Below are positions 59,249-60,359 of a stretch of DNA of 60,359 nucleotides, piece by piece. Source of the stretch: an uncultured Bacilli bacterium (GTDB lineage Bacteria > Bacillota_I > Bacilli_A > RF39 > UBA660). The notes under the pieces are model-generated. The model saw nothing but the letters and a program-made list of their open reading frames with translations. It ran no database searches and had not been told where the DNA came from. The stretch is taken from the NCBI GenBank assembly GCA_944358455.1, contig CALVRE010000008.1, positions 1-60,359 on the forward strand. Reading direction: 5' to 3'. How positions within the stretch are numbered: the first letter of the stretch is position 1; each line of letters starts with the position of its first letter. The translations under genes and the position numbers were made by a program.

Positions 59249-59897
59249 TCATGTAGAGATGAAGGAAAGAGAGTTATATCAAAGATATCTTTATTTGGAA
59301 CAATTAAAGACACAGTTAAAAAAACAAAGAGAACTTTTCGATCAAGAGGAGTTACAAAAGAAAGCAATCTTTGTTATGACTGAACATCCCATGCAAAAAA
59401 TGATGATGAAAGAAGAACGAACCATCGATGAAAATATCGAAAAGTTAAAGGAACGAAAAGAATTATTATCTCTATCATCGATCGCTACATTGGCGAGTAT
59501 TCCCATTGTGTTTTACTATCCATTCCTGATTCTAGGTTCTTTATCTTTGATGACTTTCGATTTACTGATATTACGTTCTTATTTCAAAGAGAAAAAAAAG
59601 ATTGTTTCCAACAATCAAGAATCTTACAATAAAATTTCTTTTTATCAGGAACAGTTGCGAAAATCAAATGATCCCTTCATCGAAATGAAACGTCAATACT
59701 CGCCTTATTATGATGATCAAATTACTTCCTTAGAAAAAAGACGAAAAGAAATCGAAATGTTACAACGTGAGATCCAGCATACATTACAATTGTTACAAGA
59801 ACCAATTACGAACGAAAAGATAGCAAAAGTAGACATCATGTTCGAACAATTAGAACGTGAAAAAACATTATTTAAGGATTATAAAGGAAATAAATAA
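59238..59897 (+). CDS. Hypothetical coiled-coil membrane protein
   Basis: Central hydrophobic hairpin flanked by E/K/Q-rich helices. Confidence 0.65.
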   Translation: MNHDHVEMKERELYQRYLYLEQLKTQLKKQRELFDQEELQKKAIFVMTEHPMQKMMMKEERTIDENIEKLKERKELLSLSSIATLASIPIVFYYPFLILGSLSLMTFDLLILRSYFKEKKKIVSNNQESYNKISFYQEQLRKSNDPFIEMKRQYSPYYDDQITSLEKRRKEIEMLQREIQHTLQLLQEPITNEKIAKVDIMFEQLEREKTLFKDYKGNK

Positions 59898-59911
59898 TAA
59901 AAGGATGATTC

Positions 59912-60359
59912 TGAACTGAACCCCAAAAATTGGACAGTTTATCAATCATTTCTAATTAGAGGATTGTAACCTGTAATTTACAGGAGACAGTCCTTTTAAT
60001 TTCGCTTTAATTCTATCATAATTATAGTAATTAATATAGTCATCTATGGCTTTTATTAAATCATCTAATGTTTCATATTTATCTTCTTGGTCATAAAACA
60101 TTTCTGTTTTTAATATTCCAAAAAAGTTTTCCATTAACCCATTATCCATACTATTACCTTTCCTAGACATACTTTGTTTTATGCCTTTATTCTTCAACCT
60201 TTGTTGATAAGACTTATGTTGATATTGCCATCCTTGATCTGAATGAAATATTAAATCTTCTAAATCTTGATCATCAGTTTTATCAAATGCTTTATTAAGC
60301 ATATCGTCTATTTGTTCTAAATTAGGTGATTTAGAAATATTATGAGAAACTACTTCCTG
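59912..60359 (-). mobile_element. IS3-family (IS150-like) element, right end, with partial OrfB transposase (59952-60359)
   Basis: HSDQGWQY, SMSRKGNSMDNGLMENFFG and YYNYDRIK motifs; frame open to the edge; terminal IR TGAACTGAACCCCAAAAATTGGACA at 59912-59936. Confidence 0.93.

Overview
This low-GC window (standard genetic code, TGA = stop) reads as chromosome from a reduced, probably spore-forming Firmicute; an RF39-like Bacilli lineage is my inference from gene content. The main signal is a complete diversity-generating retroelement (DGR) at about 528-4900. Its order is: a type IV pilin-like target with two tandem C-terminal domains, a stand-alone MutS domain I-like gene, avd, a DGR reverse transcriptase, then the template repeat (TR). 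VR (2373-2460) and TR (4625-4712) align ungapped over 88 nt with 9 mismatches, all at TR adenines. The rest is mostly housekeeping (tex, cssRS-like pair, rnhB, pyk, leuS and thrS with T-boxes, rnc, dnaB-dnaI, ruvAB, queA, miaA, tRNA-Arg) plus sporulation genes (sigK, orphan spoIIIAH, gerE, gerM). Other oddities: a rearranged Rnf operon, a second pilin-like gene, a dispersed G10/terminator RNA-like repeat, several enzymes that have lost catalytic or ligand residues (two RNB proteins, GH31, ZnuA-like), a doubly frameshifted KirBac-like channel, a GH10 pseudogene, and IS3-family sequence at both edges. All family calls come from motif recognition by eye; no searches were run.
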